From Torpedo marmorata (Eukaryota): 64,000 bases of DNA. Location: the NCBI GenBank assembly GCA_977017645.1, contig OZ360242.1, positions 28,582,001 to 28,646,000 on the forward strand, read 5' to 3'. Made by a program: the position numbers and the translations under genes. This document shows, piece after piece, positions 1 through 14,000 of the stretch. How positions within the stretch are numbered: position 1 is the first letter of the stretch; every line of letters starts with the position of its first letter. The notes beneath the pieces were generated by a model. That model had not been told where the DNA came from and ran no database searches. It was given only the letters and a program-made list of their open reading frames with translations.

Positions 1-1933
1 GAGGACAGTGGGAAGGAAGGAGGATCATATCTGTGCTTCAGTTGGTGGCTGCTGGGGAAAATGGATTTCGAGCTATGCCTTATATCAGGCTGGTGTGGCC
101 AATCGCAACTAATGGTCAACCCAGGATGAGGGGGGTGGGGGGGGGAGGGCTGAGGATCGCAGAGAAGAATTTGGGGTCCACAAGGGTGGAGCAGGGGAGA
201 TGATGGGTTGGGATGATGGGGAGGCCTGAGAATATCACAGGATCAGGTGGTTAAGGAAATTGGAGGGTCTGGGGAGAGTTGAGATTTGGACCTTAATAAG
301 GGACTGATGGTGTGGAGGTTGGTGGAGGAGATTGTTGGGGTGGTCATGATGGCCAGTGATGTCCTGAGTAATAAATGATGAGCAGGGAACTAATTTGACA
401 AGAGTCACATTCCAGTGCTTCATTGGAAAGACCTAGATGACTCGCGGGCAACCAACTACAGTAGCTTCCAATTTAACTTAGTTCAAGTTCCTTTGCAATG
501 TTCCAAGGATTTCTGATGCAATTATGACTCTCTTTTGCTTCTCTTTCTCTGACTGTAAAGGGCCACAGGCAATTTCTGCTGATGGTGAATCTTTGTCTGC
601 CTTAAGGCAGACTAAAGGCAATTATGTGTAATATTACATCTGTTTTATTACATGACAATAAAAGAATCTTGAATATCCAAAGGTGCCTGTTTGAATTTCC
701 AGCATATGACTGCTCAACCAGAATTGATTATTTTTGTGTTTCACTGCAAAACACGTTCAATTGCATAATGATGGAAAAAAACAATGCACAGCTGAATTTT
801 CAGTGTGTGATCTTTCCTGGAGATTAAACCTGATCAACATGCTCTGGCAGAAACAGAGAAATTCATGCTTTGTTTTCCACTCTTCTCAAATTCTATGCCC
901 ATTTCCAAACCTCACTCTGATGCCCACCTGGTTCTCATTCCTGAACAATATCTTTTCCAAATGTAGACAACGTCTGCCATGACTGTCTGGAGCTGAAGTA
1001 GCACAACAGGTACCATTGGCCCTGTTGTGAAAACTTATATTGTGCATGAATTTCTGGAGTATCAAAGGCTGGTATTTGGAGGTAGGAGGGGTTAGAATCA
1101 AGAGTGGGATTCTGGTAGTTAGTGTTGGCAAGATGGGTTGATGACATTGGCAGTTGTTGAACAGGTTGGGGCTTGAGAGATCACATATACATTTGAGAGA
1201 CTGGAAGTGGAGACTGGCAGTAGGTTTGGTGATTAGTGGCAGGGGGAGGGGGAAATAGGAGGCTTTCAGACCTTCGGGGGAAGAAGAAAATCAGGAGGTT
1301 GGGATGAGAAGGAATTGAGAGCGTGGTTTCAGTACAAGTGGGTAAGCGCAGGGTGGGATATAATTTACTTGTCTTGAGTTCTCCCAGTTTGATGTTCTTC
1401 TGAGAAGAATATGTTGTCCAAGGAGAACCCAACTGCAGCAGCCCTCCAAAGCCAACATGACCCAAGTTTGCCTTCAATACTCCTGTGTCAACATTCCATG
1501 AGCCCATGAAGTGGAAATGGGAGTGAGAATGACTCAAGCCATGTAATGCCCAGTCAAATTTCCAAGTGAAGCAAATGGTTGTTAATGCGTTTCATACTGG
1601 GGGAAAAATAGTTTCCCAATTGCACAATGTTGAAACATGTGTTATGCCACTGAATTTTAATGCAGTTCAAATTTGATATTGGGCTCACTATATCATGACA
1701 TCTGAATTGTAAACTGCATAGCATGTATTATAATTAGTGGCAACGTTCATACTACCTTGCAGACAGCTGAATGGTTTGTGGTTCTAAAAGTAGAGCTGAA
1801 AAGTAACAATGGGCCTTGCTAAAGTTTGTGGCATTGTACTTCCAGACACACTGTCATAAATTCAGCAGACTTCCAGAGAATCCTTGGAAAAATGGCAGAA
1901 ATTCAAACAGTAAAAATTACAGTAGCAGCTCAC

Positions 1934-2089
1934 ATCTCGTGTCTCTTGGTTGAACCGATCCACAAATTCTGCCAGGTTTTGGATGGGTTGGTAATTCATT
2001 AACACCACGGTCAGTAAGTCGTTGTCATCGAGGAACCCAGGCCTGCTCAACAAATCAGCCAAATCGCTGGGAGCTGTGGCTTTTAATGC
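1934..2089 (-). CDS. Exon C13
   Basis: 156 nt, phase 0->0, [22 protein letters not shown]...FNQETRD; same length and phases as B13. Confidence 0.87.
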
Positions 2090-5000
2090 CTGAGAATGGA
2101 CAATTGAGAAAATATTTTGAGGCAAACATATAAAGACAGTAAATGTAGAACCGGGACAAGCTGAAACATACTTCAACAGAATTTATTCACAATCCAAATG
2201 AAATAGATATATTGTGCCCTTGGCTTAAAAAAACACTATTTGGATAGAGTTTCTGCTCCTTTACATCAGCATAATTAGTGCAGAATTGGATTGGCCAGTG
2301 AAAAAGATCAGCAAATTTACAATGAAAGCAGACTTTGTCCAGAAGCAATAATATTCAATCATTTCATAGATTAGTTATGATAATTGAATACATTCATTCA
2401 AATCAAACCCCATCTATGAACTAGCAACATCCTCCAGCTTAATGCTGTATAAGTCCATGAGGCTTTTAAATTCTGATTTCTCAGATACATTCCTAGTTTT
2501 GAAAAATCAAAATCCAATTCATCAAGAAGTTGACAGATGTAATAGATGTTTTAGTTGTGTTTTATTACATTTATTTTCAATTATTTTAAATGAGTTTATA
2601 CTTAGGTAAAGGCCTGGAGACTCATCAGAAATGCTCATATTTTGTATTGAATACATTTCTGATTACATTAATAAAATTACTCCAAGTTATCATTCTTGAA
2701 TACATTGGTATTTCTCTTGGTGATACCTTGCAGAGCACTGATTCCTTATGACACTCTTGCTCCTCCTGTCCAAACACACAGAGGTGCATACTATACTTCA
2801 TAAAAGGGCATTTATTTGGGCTGTGAGTTCACTGTTGCTGTGCTGGGAATTTGGAGTGAACCCTTGCCCTCCCGAATGCTGTACCCTGTGGTGTTGGGTA
2901 CCTTACATGAGCCTCTACTTTCTCTGCTGCTGTGCACTGCTGTGTCAGGAACCTGGTGTTAACCCTTGCATTCCTCTGGAGCTCTTCCAGTAAAGAATCA
3001 CCCACAGTTCTGTGTGAAGAGCAAGAGTTATGTAGGCCAGAGCAAGTGTGTAGCTGCTCAGCACAATGATATGGGGTTCAGGACAGTATCCTGGATGCAA
3101 AGTGGATGTGAGAGTGCTAGAGATGGGCAGTGCCTGCTTCAGATGTTGATAGACATCTACAGCCTCCCTCATCACCTCCTCGGATCTGAAGAAAGCTGAT
3201 GTCTCCCCCTCACTGATTGTCTGCACATCTAAGAAGTTGTTATCATAGAGAAACTTAAACTCGAACTGGGAACATAGTTATTTTTCATAATGAGTATTGC
3301 GCAAACATGTCACATTTGCTTCACAATTACATTGTTATATGGGAAGTTTGAGTAGAAACTGAGCCAAACCACAACTTCAATCAAATATTGGAAACTGATG
3401 GCATTCACAAATGCTCATTGACACATAAACATGGACACACCTCTTGTGTGCAGTTTATATTGCCAGCCCCCAGACTGGAAGAAGGCTCCTTCACAGGCAC
3501 AAGCATCATAACTTGACCAGCACAACCCATCCTTGACCCTGTCCCATCCTTCACATCGAGATGCCCACTGTTTTTACCTCATTAATCTGGATGGAAGCAG
3601 TCAAGAATGCAACATCAGACAGAGTTAGAAATTCAGCGAAGTTTTGTAACTGGCTGTTCAGGTAAAGGACAAAGCTGTTATTTTCATAGCAGCTAAGAGG
3701 TAATGCTGGGGAACAAAAAAAAAAAGCAGTAAATATTTAGTTTGCTTTCCAAACAATGACCAACTCATAAAGACACCAGTAAAACACAAAAGTCTGCAGA
3801 CACTGTGATTGAAGTAAAAACACAATACTGGAGAAACTCAGCAGGTCAAACAGCATACTTTATAAAGCGAAGATAAAGATACATAACTAATGTTTTGATG
3901 AAGGGCTCAAGCCCGAAACATTGGTTATGCACCTTTATCTTTGCAATATAAAGTAAGCTGTTTGACCTGCTGAATTTCTCTAGCATTGTGTCATAAAGAC
4001 ACCAATTCCACTGAACAATTTGTCCAGGATGTCTACAGCTGTTGCGACATAGATCTGAAACAAGTGCAAATTTCCTCATTTAATTTTTAATTTAGAGATA
4101 CAGCATGGTAACAGGCCCATGAGCCTGTGCTGCCCAAATGCACCAATTAATCTACAAACCCTGAATGTTTTTGGAATGTGGGAGGAAACCGGATCACTCG
4201 GAAGAAAACCACACAGGGCACGGGGAGAATGTGCACACACCTTTCAGAAAGTGCCAGATTCAAACCCTTGTTTCAGCTTTGGATAAGCCTTGTCTCCTGT
4301 ATGTCAAATATGGATTGCAAACTTGCAGTTGGAAGTAACATTACCTGTCCATCATTTTAGAAGTTTTAGTGGCTGCAGAACCTTTTAAAAATGTGACCTG
4401 CTTGATGAAATTTAACCCATTTCTTCTGAAGAGGACCGAGAAAAATAAACCCACATGATCAATATTACAGTATAATACTAAGGACTGAGAGCATTATCAG
4501 AGAGTGAGAATGTAGGAAAAACACCCGAGTTCAAACTACCATGAAGACAAACAATGTTCGTACCTTTTGTGTTAACCAATATGGCTTCATATACATTTTC
4601 CTGAACACTCCTGTTTAGCTGTTCTTTGACTGTGCTCAGTGCTGAAATTCTACAAAAAAATAAATTGATGAGATACATGGATCACTATAATGCAATGCAC
4701 AAAACAACGTACATTTCAAAGATTTAAAATTCTGGTTGGGGTTCATGTCATAGGAACAATGACAGGGAATTTTTACTTGGAGGTCATCAGGTATCAGAGG
4801 ACAATTCTGTTCATTAATTTTATTGCATGGAAAATCCAGCAGGCACTAGCACACACACATCAATGCCAACAACAAAAACAAACACTAAATCCATCAGTTC
4901 ACACAGAAAAAAAAATATTTTTCTTGGTAGAATAATAAGGGAAAAGAATAGGAGCATTTTTCTTCCAGAACTGGCTCATTTCTCTGAATATTTTCATTCC

Positions 5001-8000
5001 TAGCAAAGTAATCTTCTGTCGATAAAGCAAAACTCCAAGCTGTCCGTACATTCACAAATCTGGTGCAATCAAACCCCTTTTGGCTTTCAACTCTTCAACC
5101 CCAGTATCTTGTCATGTAAATGCTATATGACAATCTGGACCATTCCCAACTGTGCCTCGTGTTGCAGTGATTTGAGAGCTTCATGTTTCCATTTGCCAGC
5201 AGCAACAACTCAATTGCAATGGAGCACAGGCTTCAAGGCTGCCTTTGACTCGAACTGAGTGCAAAACATTGTGGAGATTAACCAGGAGAGAATCCAGCTG
5301 TTTCAAACAGGAAGCCACCAGGACCAGGCAATGTAAGGAAAAGACCAGTCTTTAATTTCAGATACTCTTCACTGCAACAAAAAGCATTGGTGTCTGGTAT
5401 TAAATTTGATAATTTCCGAGCAACTCAGAACTTACATGATTCGAAGCCCTTCACAGTTCTTGGTGACAAAGATTAAGGGCAATGCATTTTCTGTGAGTCC
5501 TGGAAGTAAATCCTGCAATCTTCTGTCAAACCAGATCTGAAGTTCAGTGTCATTGCCATTTGAAAGAATTGGCTGTGTGCGGTTCAGAATTTCTTGCAGT
5601 AATGTTGATCTGACATCAGGTGTGAAAGTCACATTATTCTGAAAAAAAAGTTCCAGGGATGAGTAATTGTGGATGGGTGAGGAAGGAGATATGGGGCAGG
5701 AAGGGGAGTGGTGGCGTGGGGAAACATATGACTCCAACACAGCAACATCAGCAGCAATGAAAACAGCTTTCACATCAGCCTACTTTGCAGCAAATATATG
5801 CTGCAGAAAATGCTCTAAATTGAGAATTTTCTGACAACACCTTGAAGATCTTTAATTTTATTGAAAGAAAGGCAATAATTCTCTGATGTAATGAACAACC
5901 TAGTAGAATCAAGATTACTGAAGTTTCTCTGACATGCTTGATACTCATGTGATGAATTCAATGTCAGCCTAATGTGAAGTGAAGCAGTGTCCTACCTTGC
6001 GGCTCGCTGTGTTGAACCTTTCGACGAACTGAACCACAGTGTCAGTGGTGATGCTGTTGAAAATCTTCCGAACATCATCAGCATTACGCAATGTTCCACT
6101 CTTACCAGCAAAATCGCCCAGTTGGGAAGGTGTCAATAATTCCACTGCATCAAGCTGTTGAAACAATATTATAACTTCACCCTCTGCTAAGATCAATGCT
6201 CATAGAAATGCAAGTACAAACTGTTCTGTACTTATTTACATTTCATATTATCTTCTACCCATTTGGAATCAGTTGTTTTTAACTGCAAGAATCAGGTCCA
6301 TTGAGGTAGAAAATTCATTTTGGGTCAAAGTTCACTGCGAACAAATCAATGAAAAATTAACCAATGAGAGGCTGAAGGAACTCAGCAGGTCAAGCAACAT
6401 CCGTGGAGAGAAATTGTCAGTTGATGGTCAGGACCCTTTATGAAAGATGAAAATGGGACAGAGAGCTGCTAAAGGGGATGGTAATTATAAACAAACCGTT
6501 TACAAATACCTTCCTGAACAAACTTTTTTTTTTTTTTTTTTTAATAATTTTATTTAATTTTTTAAAATCACAAAATACATATATCAAGAAAATAATATAT
6601 TATTGAAAATACATGTGATATATTTACTACCCCCCCTTCCCACCCTCCCCTCCCCAACCCTCCCACACTATCTAATAAAAAAGAAAATAGAATATAAAAA
6701 TGTTAATTAAAAGGAAAGAAAAAGGTTGAATAATAAAGTTAAGAAAGAAAATTAGTGTTAGTATGAGGAGAAAAAACTATTTCAAGCTAACTCTACTTAT
6801 ATATTGGAGGTTACTTTGTCAGCGGTACTAACTTCTAGAGAATTAATTCATACCCATAATTCTCATATATGGGCTCCAAATTTTCAGAAAGAAATGATAT
6901 TTGTCTCGTAAATTATACGTAATTTTTTCCAATGGTATACACGAGCGTAACTCTGCATGTAATCTATCCAAATTTAAATCTAAATCTGATTTCCAAGTAA
7001 TAGCAATACATTTTTTTGAAATTGCTAACACAATTCGTAAAAATTCTATTTGGTACATATTCAATCTATTTCTAATACTGATTTTTTTAATATCTCCAAA
7101 CAGAAATATCATAGGGTCCATTGGAATCGTAATATTAAGAATTCTATCTAAAAATTCCTTAACTTTAGACCAAAAATTTTTAATTTTCAAACACAACCAT
7201 GTACAATGTACAAAAGAACCTATTTCATCTTTACATCTAAAACACATGTCTGACAATGCCGAATTGAATTTCTTTAATTTTTTAGGTGTTATATATAATT
7301 GATGAAAAAAATTATATTGTACTAATCTATATCTAACATTAATAATCTTAGTCATACTCAATTTACATAATTCTTTCCAGTGTTGTTCATCTATACTAGT
7401 GTTTAGATCTGATTCCCAATTTAATCTAGATTTATGTAGTCCTACTTTAAACATTTTTTTCTGAAGTAGTTTATACATTTGCGATATAAATTTGTTAACA
7501 TTTCCATTAGTAATTAATAACTCTAACCCATCTTGTCTAGGGGATATTAATTGATTCCCTAATTTCTCAACTAAAAATCCTTTAACTTGATAATAAGCCA
7601 AAACTGTATTATCCATTATTCCAAATTTTTCTTTCAATCTAGAAAAAGTAACAAATCTTCCTGCCTCAAAACAATCTTTAATCTTCTTAATTCCTTTTTG
7701 ATACCATAATTTTAAAAATTGATTATCAATAGAAAATGGTAATAATAAATTCTGATATAATGGCATATTTAAAGAAATTAATCCTTTTCGTCCTATTTCA
7801 TTATCTAATTGATTCCAAATTTCCAATAGATGTTTAATAATCGGTGACTTTTTCTTTTTAATCAATAATAATTTAGAATTCCATTTATAAATAATATCTT
7901 CCTTATTTCTTTCTCCTATATTACTCAATTCTATATTAATCCAAGCCGTATTTTTAGTTAAATCAAATAGTTCATTTATAAATTTTAATTGTGCTGCCTT

Positions 8001-11000
8001 ATAATAATATTGGAAATTAGGGAGTTGTAATCCTCCCATTTCGTATTCCCAAGTTAATTTATCCATACTTACTCTTGCCAATTTACCTTTCCATAAAAAC
8101 TTTCTAATAATAATTTTTAAATCTTTAAAAAATTTTTGAGGAATACCAAAAGGTATAGATTGAAAAAGATATTGAACTTTTGGAAAAATATTCATTTTAA
8201 TACAATTCACTCTTCCTATTAAAGTTATGGGTAAATCTTTCCAATTATCCAAATCCTTCTTTATTTTCTGAAATAAAGGTATGTAATTTAATTTATATAA
8301 ATTTTCTAACTTTGTATCCACTTTAACTCCCAAATATTTAATAGCTTCTTTAGTCCATTTAAATTTTGTAACTTCTTTACATTTAGTATAATCTCCTTGA
8401 GATAAAGCCATTATCTCACTTTTATCCGAATTAATTTTATATCCAGATATTTCACCATAATCCCTCAATATTTTATCTAATTGTTGAAGTGATTCAATAG
8501 ATTTTGTCATATATATTAATACATCATCTGCAAACAAACTAATTTTATGCTCTTCTACACCTACTTTTATCCCATTTATATTGATATCTTTCCTAATCAT
8601 TTCCGCCAACGGTTCTATTGCCAATACAAATAAGGCAGGTGACAATGGACATCCTTGTCTTGTTGACCGCGTCAAAGAGAATTTATTCCTGAACAAACTT
8701 TGAACCAAAATAATTAACTGAGGCTTCTGTTTAAAATAATACTCTTCAAGTCAAGCGCCAATATATTTTCTATCCACTCTCTGGTGTTAGCTAAATATAT
8801 CCAAATAAATGTGGCCAAACTGTTTTTTTGAGGAAATCCAAATCATTTGGTTATTTCTGGTGCTGACAGAGCGGTTCCAGCTGCGTGGGGGATTATGGGT
8901 AACGAAGATGGCCATTGATCTGTGTTTTAATTTCGAAGACATGTTTGTGGCGTCGGGAGCTCGGATGGACGGGCGGCCCAGTAAAGGATCCGCGGTCGGG
9001 GCGTTTGGAGCTCCGATGAGTGGATGGCTGGTGCGTCGGGAGCTCGGATGGGCAAGCGGTTGGGGCGTCAGATGGGTGAGCTGTTCCATAAGGATGGGTT
9101 TCCCTTGAATTAGCTAGGACCAGAATCCAAGTAAATACACCAACTAGAGCTGGAAACAAGGCTTTAAACTGAAAATAATGTTGGTGGGGGTGGTAGCAGA
9201 TATGCGCGGCAGGATGAATCCGACTTACGACCAATCCGAGTTACGACCACTCCTTCGGTCCCAATTACGGTCGTAAGTCGAGGACTACCTGCATATTATG
9301 TTTAATATAATAGAGCTGCAAAGTTTGTGAAAATATTCCAGGTCAGTAATTTTGTCTTATTCTTTCTTGCAATTTAAAGTAAATTTAGCAGTTTCAAGTT
9401 TTGTGCTTTTCATTTTTTCCACAAAACATCTGTTTTTTAAAATCGAAGTTGCCAATTTTTTTTAGGGAGGTGCAAGTAGTTGGCCTTGCCGAGGGCGCAA
9501 AATAGTTTGGCACGGGCCCTGGGCATGAGTATGTAGTTTAAAACTCAATGTGCGATCAAATGTGACACCAGGTTGCAAACAATCTGGTTTGGTTTCAGGT
9601 GATTACCAGGAAGAGGGATGAAATTCGTCACTGAGGAATGGAGGTTGTAATGAGCATCAGAGAGGAAAGAGATTAGTGAAGCAATTTTGTGCTTGCTCAT
9701 TCCAAGATGTCAGACAATAAGATGCAAAATCTAGAGAGGTCGTGGTGAAGTAGTCAGTTTGAACATTGAAACAAAAGCTGCACGTACAAATGTTGTTGCC
9801 AACGGCACCAACAAAACAAAGTGGAAAGTGAATAAACCTTTCGACCCCAGAAGTAATAGCTGGAAGTGAAAATATTTACTGGCCATAATAAGAATGGAAC
9901 CAGACAAGTGGTGTCCAGTGCAGGTCATCCAGAGTAGAGAGGTGATGAAAGAATTTGAAGCCGTTAACCACATTACATGGTCCAGACAGGTTGAGATAGG
10001 CAAGGAGGGGTACGCTACCTTTTCCCACAATCACATGGAGTGTTCCCTGGTATGGCAGGAAGGGCATAAACGTAACTGGAAAGATTGTAATTTGTTCCTT
10101 TACTCAGAGATTGAAGGGCTTTTGGACAATTGATTGGTATATGTTTTATAAATCAGCATTCAATCTTTTGAAGCAGAGAAATGTCATAACAAAATTGTGT
10201 AAAATGTATTTAAAGTTGGGTTTTGATTGAAGCTGATGAATCAAACACCAACATGAAAGGTATCAAAAATACTGGAATATTTATATTTAAATTTTCTCTA
10301 CATTAAAGGAAAGACCAACACATTTTATCTTATTACATCAAACTCTGGTCAGATATATTGCATTTTCACCATTTTAGAAGGCCTGGACCAATTCTATAAC
10401 TTACTGGGTTGAAGTCTGGATTCCTCCTGGTTAACATCTCTATCTGAACAAGGGCACTGAACATTCCCCAGTTCTTCAAAAGCCAATCTCTGGATCCATT
10501 AGTATTCCTGATACAACCAGAACCTAGAGGTAAAGGAGATTGCAGATTAGCCATCAATGGCATTTACCAGGAATAGTTCACAGCATCAAACTATTTTTAT
10601 TCTGGAATACTGAGATCAGAAAAGATGTTTTCAATGTTTTGAGGTTACATGATTGAATTTCTCAGCCTTTTAACTTTCAATGCAAATTATTCTTATTTCA
10701 AAACATTAAGACTTTAATCCAGAACTTCTGTCGCTCTCATTTCAGTGGATGTAAATCTATTTTTTCCCCAATAGCCTTTGTAGCTTACCTGTGGTGTCAA
10801 GGTAATGAAGGATCCATACGTTTAGCACGGTCTCTCTTGTCTCCTGTTGCATCTCTCTGAATCCATTACTCAGGCCTTTTACACTAAGTAGATAAATAGT
10901 AACACAGTTATTCACCTGACTTCTAATCAATGGTATAGTTTCATCTGCTGGAGAACAAGTGAGGGAATCTTCATTCAACATGCCTAGCAATCAGCTCGTG

Positions 11001-14000
11001 TACAAGACATAAAATTTATCTAAACTTTTCTCCCATTTTGATGAATGGTTCACAAAGATAAATCCACCATTAACAGTGATGCCCCATTGATATAGCATCA
11101 AGTTGTGATGTGGAACTTTGTTGAGCCTGTACAGGGCACTTCGTCTCCAGTCTGCTTCCTGATTTTATGCTTCTATGTTTTGATGCTGCCTTTCCAATTC
11201 AAACTGTAGAAGAGGATTATTCTGATAGAGAATCCTTCACTTACATTGCCTGGTAACCATCACAAGTAATGTTCCTTGTCCGCAAAGGTTTTAGCACGAA
11301 CTGGGAAATGCCAGCAATGAATGTCCTGAATCGCTCCTGGAACCACATTCTCAGGAAGGTGACGCTCGTTAGGTTTTCAAAGGTCTTCACAGTCTCCCAA
11401 AGTGCATTCATAAATGTGATCTTTGTCATCAGGGGAATTGATGATCGGTTCGGAAACTGGAAAAAAAAAGGATTGTGTTTAAACTCAGTAAACAAAGAGC
11501 TGTTTTGTCACCACAGATCTGAAACGTGATCCTTCCCTTTATAAGAGAGCTCAGTAAATTGTATAAAATGAAATTATGAAGGAAAATCAATGGCCGACAC
11601 CTGTTACTGTTTATGTCTTCAGTGGAATCATACAAGTGTAAGAAACAAAGCACATATTCAGCCAGTACATTGTATGATGGCTAATATTTTGTGATGAGTG
11701 AATGCCAAGGGTACGGCATTGTCCCGGTGACCCATTCCAAAACTAATTCCCATATTGGTTCAATAATACTTTGCTGGCTGAAATGTGCCTTAGAATGGGA
11801 TGTTGTAAAGTTATTAAAGATCACTTTTCCCTTATTTTAGTTCCTGTCAAAGAAATGGCACATATTTAGTGGGTGATTTTTGCGCACTATTTAAGGCAAA
11901 AAAAACAACTCTCAATTGGATGGTTAGTTAATTTATTTCCTGACCAATTTCGTTCTTTATGTCAATAGAAAGTGTGAAGTGATGCATGTTGGGAAGTTAA
12001 ACCAGGGCAAGACATAGACAGTGAATGGCATGGCCCTGGGGATTGTTGTTAGAGACGCTTTGGGATATAAGTACATTATTCCTTGAAAGTGGCAACACAG
12101 GGAGACAAGGTGATGTGGAAGGTTTATGGCCTCCTTGCCTTCATTGACTGAGGCATTAAATGTTGGGACATCATGCTGCAATTGTAGAAAATGTCCGTGA
12201 GGCTGCTCTTGGAGTATTGTGTCCGGTTCTGGTGTAAAAAGGTAGGATGTGATTAAGTTAGAGACGGTGCAAAAAAGATTCACAAAGATGTTACCTGGAT
12301 TTAAAGGTTTGAGTTATCAGGATAGGCTAGGTCTGTTTTCGCTGGATTAAAGGAGGCCGAAAGATGACTCGAGAGAGGTAAATAAAATTATGTGAGGCAT
12401 AGATAGTCAGATTATGTTTCCCATGGAAGGTGTGTCAAAAAATAAGTAGTTACCTGGTTGTTGAATTTGTCGAGGGCCTCGGTCAGGGTGGTTCTGTTAA
12501 GTTTCCGAACAAAAATGGTCAGTGCACTTTCATCTGACCTATTCAAAGCTTTTGGACCAGTGAAACAATGAAACACATCTGCCAGGTCATCACTGCTTAA
12601 ACTGGAGACGAGTCGATCAGCCTGAAAAGAAATTCATATCAAAAGATATTTGTTAGCTTGAAGCACTCCATTATTTTGATGTAAAATATTGGCAAGTGTC
12701 TCAATTCTTTTAGCCATAAAAAAAAACAGCTGGAGAAACTTTGTGAGCTGTGCAGCATCCATGGGGGAAAGGATGTGTCGACGTTTTGGACCGATTTCCT
12801 GCATCAGCACCTGATGCAGAGACTCATCCTGAAATATCAGTGATTTCTTTACCCCACAGATGCTGAGAACCCCCAGCAATTTTTTGCTTCACATTCCAAC
12901 ATGTGTAGCCTTACATCTTGACTCATTTCTTTGAATAATCTGTGTAAAATGTATTTATTACAACTGTTAAAATGACATCATAATACAGAAATGCCTAAAC
13001 TTACGGTTTTGTGTGAAAGACTGACTGATGAGAAGCTTACCTCAGCACATGCATAGTCAGTAACGTTGAAGTTGCAGAGCTGACTCACATTAATATTGAG
13101 CAGGAAAGTCTTCAAAGCTGAACTACAGGGAGAAAAGGTGATCTATTCTTAGGAAAGATGTTACTGTGAGTAACAAATAGTCAAACAGATTCTTTCCGAC
13201 CATTTACATCTCACAATTTGAGGTTAATAACATGTGATTTAAGTATTCAATATTACTAAATAATACACAACAAAATATTTGGAATATCTGCCATGTCAGG
13301 AGATATCATTCACTGACGCATTGACAGAATCTGTGAAACTACACAGAAAAGATGTATTGAATTCTTACCTGTCTATTGCTCTACACAATGTAGTTTCTGT
13401 ATGATAAATTAAAAAGAAATAATTTTATTACATTGGAATTAAAATACTAGAACTGGTCAAGTTATAAAATAATGTAGAAAATACACTTACCATTAACTGT
13501 AATATTACCAGGCTAAGGAATAGAAATAATAAGAACTTTAATGCCGAATCATCTTAAATTAACACACAATGGTGGTAACATTCAAATATTGTTGGAAGTA
13601 ATGAGTAATTATTTAATCAATTACTTTTCCTTAATCTACAACATTTAAAAAATATCGGATATGTAGATTAAGATTTACAAAAATTAAACGCTGCAAAAAC
13701 AAACAAGAAAGTATACTGAAAATTGACATTCGGAAAATATAGTGTTGAGATTTTCTTACTTTGTTGTCAATTTCAGGTTCTGTAAAAAAAAAATGAAGCA
13801 CAACAATGTCAGAAGATGCTCGAGCTGGCATGTTATTAAACTTAATCAAATCACATCATTGTAATAAATTACACTCACAATTATGACTTAAGTCAATATT
13901 GGAATCAACATTTGTTTTGATAAGATCATCTTGTCCCACAGTACAATCTGTTCACAACTGAATTTTGACCTGCACTGTTCCCTACAATTGTGGAATTTAG

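Noticed and set aside
1-1900. Exon C14 or other coding sequence
   Set aside because: No match to exon B14 found; purine-rich stretches at 1-420 and 980-1540 look like very old LINE debris that I cannot classify confidently.
2966-3199. GIY-YIG-like motif (KSYVGQS) in a short ORF
   Set aside because: Single weak motif without supporting residues.
9894-10133. Plus-strand 79-aa ORF nearly identical at 57658-57867
   Set aside because: Identity is explained by the surrounding duplicated intron; the starts differ and there is no recognisable motif.
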